From assembly GCA_017609985.1 (NCBI GenBank), contig JAFCCW010000029.1, forward strand, positions 1 to 13,276: DNA of 13,276 bases, given 5' to 3'. A program made the position numbers and the translations under genes. Positions 5,629 through 13,276 of this stretch are shown piece after piece (the first letter of the stretch is position 1; every line of letters begins with the position of its first letter). The notes beneath the pieces are model-generated. The model ran no database searches and was not told the origin of the DNA. It saw nothing but the letters and a program-made list of their open reading frames with translations. This DNA comes from Candidatus Iainarchaeum sp. GTDB lineage: Archaea; Iainarchaeota; Iainarchaeia; Iainarchaeales; JAFCCW01.

Positions 5629-8283
5629 ATGGACTGGCATTCTCTATCCCAAAAAGATGTTCTTGAACGAGTTTACTCTTCTCACAACGGGTTAACCGAT
5701 GAAGAGGCAGACAAGAGAATTAAAGAACATGGTTTGAACCAGCTTAGAAAACAGACTAGAATAGAGCCATTTAAGATTCTTATAAGACAGTTCAAGAATT
5801 TTCTTGTCCTGATTCTGATTGTTGCAGCACTGATTTCTTACTTGATTGGAGACATGCTTGATGCAATAATGATTGGAATAATTGTTCTCGTAAATTCCGG
5901 GCTTGGTTTTTTGCAGGAGTTCAGAGCAGAAAAGGCAATGATTGCTTTGGAGAAAATGGAGTCAGACAAGGCAATTGTTGTGCGAGAGGGAGAAGAAAGG
6001 AGGATTGATGCAAGCCTTCTTGTGCCTGGAGACATTATCGTGTTGAGTGAAGGAGAGCATGTTCCAGCAGATGCTAGAATTCTTGAGTCAGTGAACATGA
6101 AGGTGGACGAAGCAGTGTTCACTGGGGAGAGCGTGCCTGTTGAAAAAATTGAAGAAAAAATGAATAAAAAACTGCATCTGGCAGACAGAAGAAACATGGT
6201 TTTCAAAAACACTAGTGTTGTTTATGGTCGGGGAACAGCTGTTGTTGTTGCAACAGGAATGGATACAGAGTTTGGAAAGATTGCTCAAATGATTCACGAA
6301 TTTAAGGAAATCAAGACTCCGTTGACTGAAAGGCTTGACAGTCTTGGTCACTTTCTCGGAAAGCTTGTTATTGGAATAGCAATAATGCTTATTGCTCTTG
6401 ATTTCCTAAACCAGTCGCTTGATCTTGAAACATTTATGATAGCAATCAGCTTGGCTGTTGCAGCTATTCCTGAGGGACTGCCAGCAGTTGTAACTATTAC
6501 TCTTGCCTTGGGAATGAGAACAATGGCAAAAAATAATGCAGTAGTAAGAAAGATTGCTGCTGTTGAGACTCTTGGAAGCACTAGCGTGATTTGCTCCGAC
6601 AAGACAGGCACGCTCACAAAAAACGAGTTGACTGTGCGAAGAGCTTGGTGCGGAGGCAAAGAATTCAAGATTGGTGGCAGAGGATATGGATTGGCTGGAA
6701 AGATTAGCCCTTTTCCAGACGATGTTGACTTTGAGCTTCTTGCAGACTCTGCTGTTCTGTGCAACAATGCCTCGCTTGGAGATGAGGAAGACGAGATTGT
6801 GGGTGACCCAACAGAAATTGCATTGCTTGTTCTTGGAGCAAAGGCTGGAAAGGAAAAGAAAGACCTGAAAAAATATTTTGACTTTCTTGACGAAATTCCA
6901 TTCAGTTCTCAGAGAAAAAGAATGACTGTATTGATGAAGAGCAACTCTGACGGTTTAAGCTATGCTTATTCCAAGGGAGGAGTTGAAACAATTTTGGAAA
7001 GATGTTCAAAAATTGTATGGAATGGAAAGGAAAAAAATATTTCAGACAAGCTCAGAGCAGAGATTATTGAAAAAAATAATGAAATGGCACTCAAGGGCTT
7101 GAGAGTTCTTGCTTTTGCATACAAAAAAGTTGGAAAGGAAAGAAATGCGTGCAAGGAAATTGAAGAAAGTATGGTTTTCCTTGGGCTGGCGGGAATGATT
7201 GATGCTCCCAGAATTGAAGCAAAGCACGCTGTAGAAATATGCCATCGAGCAGGAATAGAAGTCAAAATGGTTACAGGAGACCACCTCCTCACAGCCAAGG
7301 CAGTAGCTGAAGAGTTGGGCATTTTATATGAAGACATGACTGCAGTTGATGGCAGAGAGCTTGAAAAAATGAGTGAAGAAGAGCTTGAGAAAAGAATTGA
7401 AAAAATTGCTGTTTTTGCACGGGTTTCCCCAGAACACAAGGTAAGAATTGTAGAGGCTTTGAGAAAACAGGGCCACACTATTGCAATGACTGGAGATGGA
7501 GTAAACGATGCTCCAGCACTCAAAAAAGCAGACATGGGAGTGGCAATGGGGCTAGCTGGAACAGACGTTGCAAAGGAAGCAAGCGACATGGTTATAGAGG
7601 ATGATAATTTTGCAACGATTGTAAAAGCAGTTGAGGAAGGCAGAAGAATTTATGCAAACATCAGGTCTTTTGTAAAGTATTTGCTTTCAGCAAATTTTGG
7701 AGAAGTTATTGTTATTGCAGTTGCAAAACTCATAGAAATTTTTGTGTTCAAGATTCCAACACCCTTGATTCCGATTCAATTGCTCTGGATAAATCTTGTG
7801 ACTGATGGTCTGCCCGCCCTTGCTCTTGGAAACGAGCAATTGCAGGAAGAAGAGATGGAAAAAAAACCAAGAGCAAAAAATCAAAAAATATTGCATGGCA
7901 TGCTTCCAACAGTGATTATTGCGGGAGTGGTTTGTGCTTTGGCAATTTTTGCTGCATTCTTTTATCATCTGCCGATGGGAGAAATGAAGGCGCAGACAAT
8001 GGCTTTCACAACAATTATTTTGTTTGAATTGTTCTTTGTATTCAACTGCAGAGCAGAAGGAAAAACTATTCTTGAAATCGATTTCTTCAGCAACAAATCC
8101 CTGCTTGGAGCAGTTGGTGTCTCGCTTGGACTGCACATAGCTGTTCTTTACACACCATTATTTCAAGAAATATTCCATGTTGTTCCCTTGACAGCAGGAG
8201 AATGGGTGTTTGCAACAGCTCTTGGAGCAACAGCACTGCTTGTTCCATATCTGGTAAGAGTGTTTGAGCACAAAAAGCAGTAG
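5629..8283 (+). CDS. P-type ATPase, type IIA (SERCA/PMR1-like Ca2+-transporting)
   Basis: TGES, AIPEGLP, phosphorylation motif DKTGTLT (starts 6598), GDPTE, MVTGD, GDGVNDAPALKKAD, QLLWINLVTDGLPALALG. ATG 5629 is preferred because TATA-like TTATTATAA lies at 5598-5606; ATG 5611 is the alternative. Confidence 0.95.
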   Translation: MDWHSLSQKDVLERVYSSHNGLTDEEADKRIKEHGLNQLRKQTRIEPFKILIRQFKNFLVLILIVAALISYLIGDMLDAIMIGIIVLVNSGLGFLQEFRAEKAMIALEKMESDKAIVVREGEERRIDASLLVPGDIIVLSEGEHVPADARILESVNMKVDEAVFTGESVPVEKIEEKMNKKLHLADRRNMVFKNTSVVYGRGTAVVVATGMDTEFGKIAQMIHEFKEIKTPLTERLDSLGHFLGKLVIGIAIMLIALDFLNQSLDLETFMIAISLAVAAIPEGLPAVVTITLALGMRTMAKNNAVVRKIAAVETLGSTSVICSDKTGTLTKNELTVRRAWCGGKEFKIGGRGYGLAGKISPFPDDVDFELLADSAVLCNNASLGDEEDEIVGDPTEIALLVLGAKAGKEKKDLKKYFDFLDEIPFSSQRKRMTVLMKSNSDGLSYAYSKGGVETILERCSKIVWNGKEKNISDKLRAEIIEKNNEMALKGLRVLAFAYKKVGKERNACKEIEESMVFLGLAGMIDAPRIEAKHAVEICHRAGIEVKMVTGDHLLTAKAVAEELGILYEDMTAVDGRELEKMSEEELEKRIEKIAVFARVSPEHKVRIVEALRKQGHTIAMTGDGVNDAPALKKADMGVAMGLAGTDVAKEASDMVIEDDNFATIVKAVEEGRRIYANIRSFVKYLLSANFGEVIVIAVAKLIEIFVFKIPTPLIPIQLLWINLVTDGLPALALGNEQLQEEEMEKKPRAKNQKILHGMLPTVIIAGVVCALAIFAAFFYHLPMGEMKAQTMAFTTIILFELFFVFNCRAEGKTILEIDFFSNKSLLGAVGVSLGLHIAVLYTPLFQEIFHVVPLTAGEWVFATALGATALLVPYLVRVFEHKKQ

Positions 8284-8330
8284 AACTATTTAAAGCAATA
8301 AAGATTTGCAACAAGAAAGCAGTAAAAAAG

Positions 8331-8746
8331 TCAAAAAGAAAAAGAAGAATGCTTTTTTGAGCTCATGATTGTTTGCTCAACACAGGTATGAATGAAGAAA
8401 GCTCTTCCTTTGATTCAAACAAGCCAACTGCAACTACTGGATAAAGCCCGGAAGTGCGGAAGATTTTTGCAATCTCATCGTATCCAGAGAGCCTTACTAT
8501 TGCATCGTTAAGGCTTTCAGAGGGAAAATCAAATAGGAAAATAACCTGGATTCTCTTTCCAAATTTTTCTGCATTGAGAAAGCAAGGATAAGAAGAAATA
8601 ACGCCTTCTTTGTACAGCTTGTTTAGCCTGTACTTGACAGCATTATGGGAAATGGAAAGAAAACGCGCAATCTCTGCAATAGACATTCTGAAATCCTTTT
8701 CAAGAAGAGAAATAATCTTCAAGTTCTTTTCATCAGGAAATCCCAA
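8331..8746 (-). pseudogene. Lrp/AsnC family transcriptional regulator, apparently frameshifted near the 3' end (ORF as read: 8363-8746)
   Basis: N-terminal HTH (DEKNLKIISLLEKDFRMSIAEIARFLSISHNAVKYRLNKLYKEGVI) and a RAM-like domain (IFRTSGLYPVVAVGLFESKEELSSFI). The ORF stops at 127 aa, while the -1 frame continues TCVEQTIMSSKKHSSFSF to TGA at 8333-8331, followed by a T-tract. The family call is strong; the pseudogene status is moderate. Confidence 0.65.
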
Positions 8747-8806
8747 AAACCCACACCCCCAGATTACTGTTTACAATTAATTAGTTAACGAAATCCTTTA
8801 AAACAC

Positions 8807-8853
8807 TTGCAAAAATTGCGAAGAATTGCAGTGAAAAAGTGAAATCATTTCAA
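8807..8853. promoter_or_regulatory. Two putative Lrp-family operator boxes
   Basis: TTGCAAAAATTGCGA (8807-8821) and GTGAAATCATTTCAA (8839-8853) are 15-bp imperfect palindromes with AT-rich centres, 32 bp apart, lying between divergent TATA boxes (about 8797-8803 minus; 8861-8869 plus). Confidence 0.5.
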
Positions 8854-8958
8854 GAAAGCTATTTAAATATCAGACGCCTTTTATTAGCGGGAGCAAATAT
8901 CGCTTTTCGCGAAATGATTAGAGAAATAAATAAAGATTAAAATAAAAAAAACGAGGTG
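8852..8958 (+). promoter_or_regulatory. BRE/TATA promoter, leader and SD of the giant surface protein gene
   Basis: Purine-rich AAGAAAG, then ATTTAAATA (8861-8869); SD GAGGTG at 8953-8958, 5 nt before ATG 8964. Confidence 0.6.
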
Positions 8959-8963
8959 GATAA

Positions 8964-9062
8964 ATGAGAGATAAAAGGATAATTTTAGTTTTATCAATGT
9001 TGCTATTAGCAGGAGTTGCTTTTGCAACGCATACATCAACACAGACCCTATTGATGAAGTAA
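8964..9062 (+). CDS. Signal-peptide-bearing N-terminal fragment of the giant surface protein (out of frame with the main ORF)
   Basis: MRDKRIILVLSMLLLAGVAFA-THTSTQTLLMK* has a strong SD and signal-peptide architecture. The -1 frame at 9041-9070 reads TDPIDEVRVY straight into the 9071 ORF. Confidence 0.75.
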   Translation: MRDKRIILVLSMLLLAGVAFATHTSTQTLLMK

Positions 9063-9070
9063 GGGTTTAT

Positions 9071-12000
9071 ATGAATCTAAACTACAGTTATGTGACTCCT
9101 CCGCCAGTAGGGCCTTGTGAGGAAAAAGAAGGCTGGGAACTGCTTTGGCTTGGAACAAAGCAAGCTTGCCTGTATATTGCTGAAGACAACGGCCACCGCA
9201 TAGGACCAGGTTCTTGCGACAGCTTTGACTTTACAGCATCTACTCCGGGACAAGGTTGTAAATTCACTTGGCAATTTGAGAGCAGGGACTTAACATTCCC
9301 AAGCCAGGGTTCAATAAATTATCTTAGTGATGTAACAAGCGTTGACGATATGAATCCAAGGATACTTAAAACACTTGGACAACCTCAAATTGACAAAGAT
9401 GGAACAATTTGGATAAGACAAGACACCCCTCTAAATATTGAAGTATTCGACAAAGGAGACTGCGGAATAAGCGGATTAGATTATTGTGAATACAGGTACG
9501 ATGTTGATGGTGTGGAAAGACAAGGCTGGACAACCATTGACTGGGACAACACTGATGATATAAGCGGAGTAATGCATTATTACTACTCATTCTCATACGA
9601 TGAAGATTCAGAGCACTTTGTGCAAATAAGATGCTTTGACATAGCTGGAAATGAGGCAAACCATGAACAAACAGAAAGAGTCGACGACACCCCACCTATA
9701 ACAACAAAGAATATCAGCGAGCCTAAGAAGGTTATTCCAGGGGATGACCCGGAAGAATTCATTGAATGGGTTGACACAACCACGGTAATAACATTGACAA
9801 GCGTTGACCCAGACCCGACATTGGAAGGATGCAACATCGGAGTTGAAGGAATTTACTGGGCAAACGAAATTGTTGATGAAATAGCTTGTTGGGACCCAGC
9901 TAATGAGTGCCACCCGATAAATGCACAAATGAATTACGTTGAAGGAAACGAAGTAATAATTCAGAAAGACACTGAATCATGCCACTTACTGCAGTATTAT
10001 GCAGTGGATGAATTAGGCAATCCGGAAGAAATTAAGACAAACTGCTTCTTCGTTGACAAGAAGCCACCAATTGTAAACAAGGACAATGGACAGGCAATTC
10101 CAGATAGCGGAGAACCAGCTTTTATGACTCCAGACAATGAGATTGGAGCATTCCACTGGCTGACAACTTCAATGCCTGTGACATTCACTTGTACAGACCA
10201 AGAGCCAGACCCATCAGGAGACGAACAACTCTGCTTCAAAGTTTCATATGACGAAGATCCTGATGAATACAATACAGACGAGTATTGTGCATTCTACGGT
10301 GGAACAATGGGTTTTGAGGACTATTGCTGCATTTCAGCAACACCTTCAGCCCCATTTGTATTCAAGTTCAAAGAAGACTCAATGCACGACCTTGAATATT
10401 ACTGTAAGGATGCAGTTGACAAGAACAGCATACCACACACACAGTACTACAAGGTTGATACAAGAGCACCAACCGTGCACAAAATACTCAACGAGCCATA
10501 CATTGGAGACTGCCCGCCAAGACCGGGAAACATGGAGGATGAATGTTTTGTTGACAGCGCGACAACAATTGACTTAGAGATCGTAGATGAAGGAATTTGC
10601 GCAGTAGACGAAGTGGAATGCATATGGAGATACAGGATTGCGATGGAACTGTGTACAATGGGACCTATTCCATCATGCGCAGAGGCATGGGTAGACAACT
10701 GGTCAGACTGGAATAGCTTATTCCCAATAATCTTCCCAGAGGAAAGCCACCATGAACTAGAAATAAAATGTAGTGACAAACTTGGAAACACCTGGGAAGA
10801 CACAGAATATTTCTATGTGGACAAGACACCGCCAACAACAAGCAAAACATACGGCGATCCATTCTACGAAGATGAAGGAGGAAAATGGATTAACTCTGCA
10901 ACAGATATTACTTTAACAGTAGAAGACACAGGACCACACAAATCAGGTGTAAAGGAAACAAAGTACAGAGTCACTAAGCAGGAAGGCGATGCACCATGCA
11001 GCAGCGAATATGATTGTGCCCAGATAGGTGTAGAAACCGGCGAGTGGAATGTATATTCAGTACCGTTCAAAATCGATGAAACATCATGCCACCTGATAGA
11101 ATACTACAGCATTGACAATGTCAACAAGACAGAAGTAACAAAAAGACAGTGTGTGTTTGTTGACAACTCAGCACCAGAAATAGAAAAAGTTGTTGGTGAC
11201 CCACAAGTAGATTGTGAAGCACATCCAGAAGACTGTGAATTCGATGTAAATTACTATATCACACAGAATACTCCAATCACATTCACATGTACAGACGTCC
11301 TACCACACCCAGTAAACCATTCGTCACTAAGCTATAGATATAGAGTTAGTGATGACTGTGCAACCTGGGAAGACTGGACATTATGGGACAGTGAATCAGG
11401 AGAAGGACAGCCAGCAGTTATTACCTTCCCAGAAGATTCATGCCACGAAGTGGAATACAAATGTGAAGATGCTTTGGGAAACGCAACCCCAATATACACT
11501 GAACTTGATATAGTGGACACAGAGGGACCAGAAATAACAGTGGATGTTGTAGGACCACAGGTTGGAGACTGTGAATTCTTCGAAGAAAACTGTTACATAG
11601 ACAGCGTTACATTAATCAATGTTGGCGCTGTTGATCCAGAGCCACACCCAGTAAACGATGTTTACTGTGACTGGGACTATTCAGTCATAGACGGAGCTAA
11701 AATAGGATCAGGTGAAACAGGATTAACACCTCCGTTTGTTATAAACTTCCCTGAAGAGTCAGAACACTCACTGCAGATAGACTGTTATGACGCTTTGGGA
11801 AATCAAACAACATTTGAAGAAACATTCTTCGTTGACAAGACACCGCCAGGAATATACAAACAATATGGCGATCCATACAAGTACTACGAATTCGAGGATT
11901 ATTGGGCAGAGTGGATAACATCACTTACCCCAATACAAGTAAATGTAGAGGATGACGGACCGCACAAGACAGGAATAGCAGAGGTCAAATACAGAACAAC

Positions 12001-13255
12001 ACTACTAGTTGACGACGAAGAATGTAAGTACTACGATGAAGACGAAAGAGGAGAAAACTACGAGTGTGATGAAATAGAAGGATCTGGAGACTGGACAATA
12101 GTTGACTCGGAAATCCATGGCGAATTTGAATTCTATATTGATGAGAATTCATGTCATCTAATTGAGATAATGGCAACCGACAACGTGGACAAATGTAGTC
12201 TGCACAAGCAGTGGGTCTACGTCGACAACAATGCGCCAACTCCAATTAAGACAGTGGGAGAGCCAATGGAAGAATGGCATCCAACAGAGGGAGAAATAAC
12301 AACACTGAAGTACAAGTACCTTGCTGACGCATGCTGGAGCGAGGATCCGGAAGAAAGCATTGACTGCTGGAAAGTTACGCTGTTCACTCCAATAGAACTG
12401 GAGTGCATTGACCCGCAGCCGCATCCAGTGGACCACGAGGACGTATGCTTTTACGTTGAAGTGGACGGAGACGACGCAACAGAGGATTACTGTAACGAAT
12501 ACAACGGCGACTACGACATGTACGGAGACAGCTATTGCTGCATGGAAGGAACAACCGATGAGTTCTACTTCCTGGAAGAGACAGAGCACAATCTGGCATA
12601 CTACTGTGTGGATGCTCTCGGAAACGTTGGACCAGTCGATGATGAGAAATTCAAAGTCGAAGGCCGACCTTTCGAAATACAGCTCAACAATAAGTGGAAC
12701 CTTATTTCAGTGCCGTTCGTCCTATTGGACAACAGCGTTGAAAAAGTCTTCGAGAGTGTGGAAGAAAACATAGATTCAGTATGGACATATGATGCAGCAG
12801 CAGACGAGTGGTATGTATACCGCCCGGGCTCACCAGCTACAAGCAATCTGGACGAAATATATCCAGGATGGGGCTACTGGCTTGCAGCATACGATGATGA
12901 CCTCCTGACAATCGGAGGAATCTTGTTCAGCCCGGCTACAACACCGCCCGATAGGCCAGTAGTAAAAGGATGGAACCTTGTTGGACCGTTTGGAACAGAG
13001 GGAGTGGAATTGTATGACGGGCCAGACCTGAGCAGTGACGGAAAAGAGGCATACTGTGCACTGTTCTCGCTCGGAGAAAGCATCTGGGACAAGGGATGGT
13101 CTGCGCTGTTCACATACTGGGAACCCCTCAACCCAAACCAGTGGATTAGCCTGGATTACGAAGACTTCATGAATCCAGGAGCAGGCTACTGGATGAACGC
13201 CACAGAGGACGGAATCTACAACTATACTACAACTTGCGGAATGATGGGTCCTTAG
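9071..13255 (+). CDS. Giant acidic, Cys-rich secreted or surface protein with nine tandem Ig-like modules and a C-terminal duplicated WNL..PGxGYW domain; true start probably 8964 (frameshifted)
   Basis: 1394-aa ORF with a recurring VDxxxP...H.(L/V).(Y/I)...D..(GN/DK/NK) module, very rich in D/E/C/W/Y. No SD or signal peptide at 9071, and no C-terminal TM segment. Confidence 0.85.
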   Translation: MNLNYSYVTPPPVGPCEEKEGWELLWLGTKQACLYIAEDNGHRIGPGSCDSFDFTASTPGQGCKFTWQFESRDLTFPSQGSINYLSDVTSVDDMNPRILKTLGQPQIDKDGTIWIRQDTPLNIEVFDKGDCGISGLDYCEYRYDVDGVERQGWTTIDWDNTDDISGVMHYYYSFSYDEDSEHFVQIRCFDIAGNEANHEQTERVDDTPPITTKNISEPKKVIPGDDPEEFIEWVDTTTVITLTSVDPDPTLEGCNIGVEGIYWANEIVDEIACWDPANECHPINAQMNYVEGNEVIIQKDTESCHLLQYYAVDELGNPEEIKTNCFFVDKKPPIVNKDNGQAIPDSGEPAFMTPDNEIGAFHWLTTSMPVTFTCTDQEPDPSGDEQLCFKVSYDEDPDEYNTDEYCAFYGGTMGFEDYCCISATPSAPFVFKFKEDSMHDLEYYCKDAVDKNSIPHTQYYKVDTRAPTVHKILNEPYIGDCPPRPGNMEDECFVDSATTIDLEIVDEGICAVDEVECIWRYRIAMELCTMGPIPSCAEAWVDNWSDWNSLFPIIFPEESHHELEIKCSDKLGNTWEDTEYFYVDKTPPTTSKTYGDPFYEDEGGKWINSATDITLTVEDTGPHKSGVKETKYRVTKQEGDAPCSSEYDCAQIGVETGEWNVYSVPFKIDETSCHLIEYYSIDNVNKTEVTKRQCVFVDNSAPEIEKVVGDPQVDCEAHPEDCEFDVNYYITQNTPITFTCTDVLPHPVNHSSLSYRYRVSDDCATWEDWTLWDSESGEGQPAVITFPEDSCHEVEYKCEDALGNATPIYTELDIVDTEGPEITVDVVGPQVGDCEFFEENCYIDSVTLINVGAVDPEPHPVNDVYCDWDYSVIDGAKIGSGETGLTPPFVINFPEESEHSLQIDCYDALGNQTTFEETFFVDKTPPGIYKQYGDPYKYYEFEDYWAEWITSLTPIQVNVEDDGPHKTGIAEVKYRTTLLVDDEECKYYDEDERGENYECDEIEGSGDWTIVDSEIHGEFEFYIDENSCHLIEIMATDNVDKCSLHKQWVYVDNNAPTPIKTVGEPMEEWHPTEGEITTLKYKYLADACWSEDPEESIDCWKVTLFTPIELECIDPQPHPVDHEDVCFYVEVDGDDATEDYCNEYNGDYDMYGDSYCCMEGTTDEFYFLEETEHNLAYYCVDALGNVGPVDDEKFKVEGRPFEIQLNNKWNLISVPFVLLDNSVEKVFESVEENIDSVWTYDAAADEWYVYRPGSPATSNLDEIYPGWGYWLAAYDDDLLTIGGILFSPATTPPDRPVVKGWNLVGPFGTEGVELYDGPDLSSDGKEAYCALFSLGESIWDKGWSALFTYWEPLNPNQWISLDYEDFMNPGAGYWMNATEDGIYNYTTTCGMMGP
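9341..12655 (+). repeat. Nine protein-level repeats (106-145 aa)
   Basis: Modules start at 9341 VDDMNP, 9680 VDDTPP, 10052 VDKKPP, 10454 VDTRAP, 10817 VDKTPP, 11159 VDNSAP, 11513 VDTEGP, 11831 VDKTPP and 12221 VDNNAP. Confidence 0.85.
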
Positions 13256-13276
13256 GACCCACCGCATTTCCTTTTT
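13235..13276 (+). terminator. Hairpin overlapping the stop codon, plus pyrimidine/T-tract
   Basis: TGGGTCC-TTA-GGACCCA (13245-13261), extended by TGCGG (13235-13239) pairing with CCGCA (13262-13266), followed by TTTCCTTTTT. Confidence 0.6.

Noticed and set aside
5838-8314. Antisense and alternative-frame ORFs over the ATPase (and likewise over GGR, uppS and the first CDS)
   Set aside because: Shadow ORFs of well-supported genes, with no motifs or translation signals.
8377-9044. IS element or invertible promoter segment
   Set aside because: The flanking 9-mers are direct rather than inverted; there is no transposase, recombinase or terminal inverted repeat; and neither inversion nor excision restores a sensible ORF.
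9071-13255. Diversity-generating retroelement target
   Set aside because: No reverse transcriptase, no near-identical TR/VR pair differing at adenines, and no C-type lectin-like terminus seen in the window.
9077-13267. Many minus-strand and alternative-frame ORFs within the giant gene
   Set aside because: Expected shadows of a biased, GC-richer coding strand; no recognisable protein features.

Overview
AT-rich archaeal chromosomal window. TATA-box promoters, GGTG-type SD motifs, an A1:U72 tRNA-Gln, DUF1616 and a geranylgeranyl reductase all point to Archaea; a DPANN lineage such as Diapherotrites/Iainarchaeota is my inference, not something verified. In order, it holds: the 3' part of a membrane-anchored Ig/FN3 surface protein; a DUF1616-like membrane protein; a geranylgeranyl reductase; a small secreted orphan protein; tRNA-Gln(CUG), whose 3' end is duplicated 93 bp away around two hairpins (a mini integrated element or scar); a cis-prenyltransferase (uppS) divergent, across a perfect 22-bp palindrome, from a 59-aa ORF and DUF192; a SERCA-like P2A Ca2+-ATPase; and an Lrp/AsnC regulator divergent from a giant acidic, Cys-rich surface protein made of nine Ig-like modules in an (ABC)x3 super-repeat. 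Both genes of that last pair appear -1 frameshifted at or beside the same 9-mer (TCAACACAG), and their shared promoter region has two Lrp-box-like sites 32 bp apart. All family calls come from motif recognition by eye; no database searches were run.
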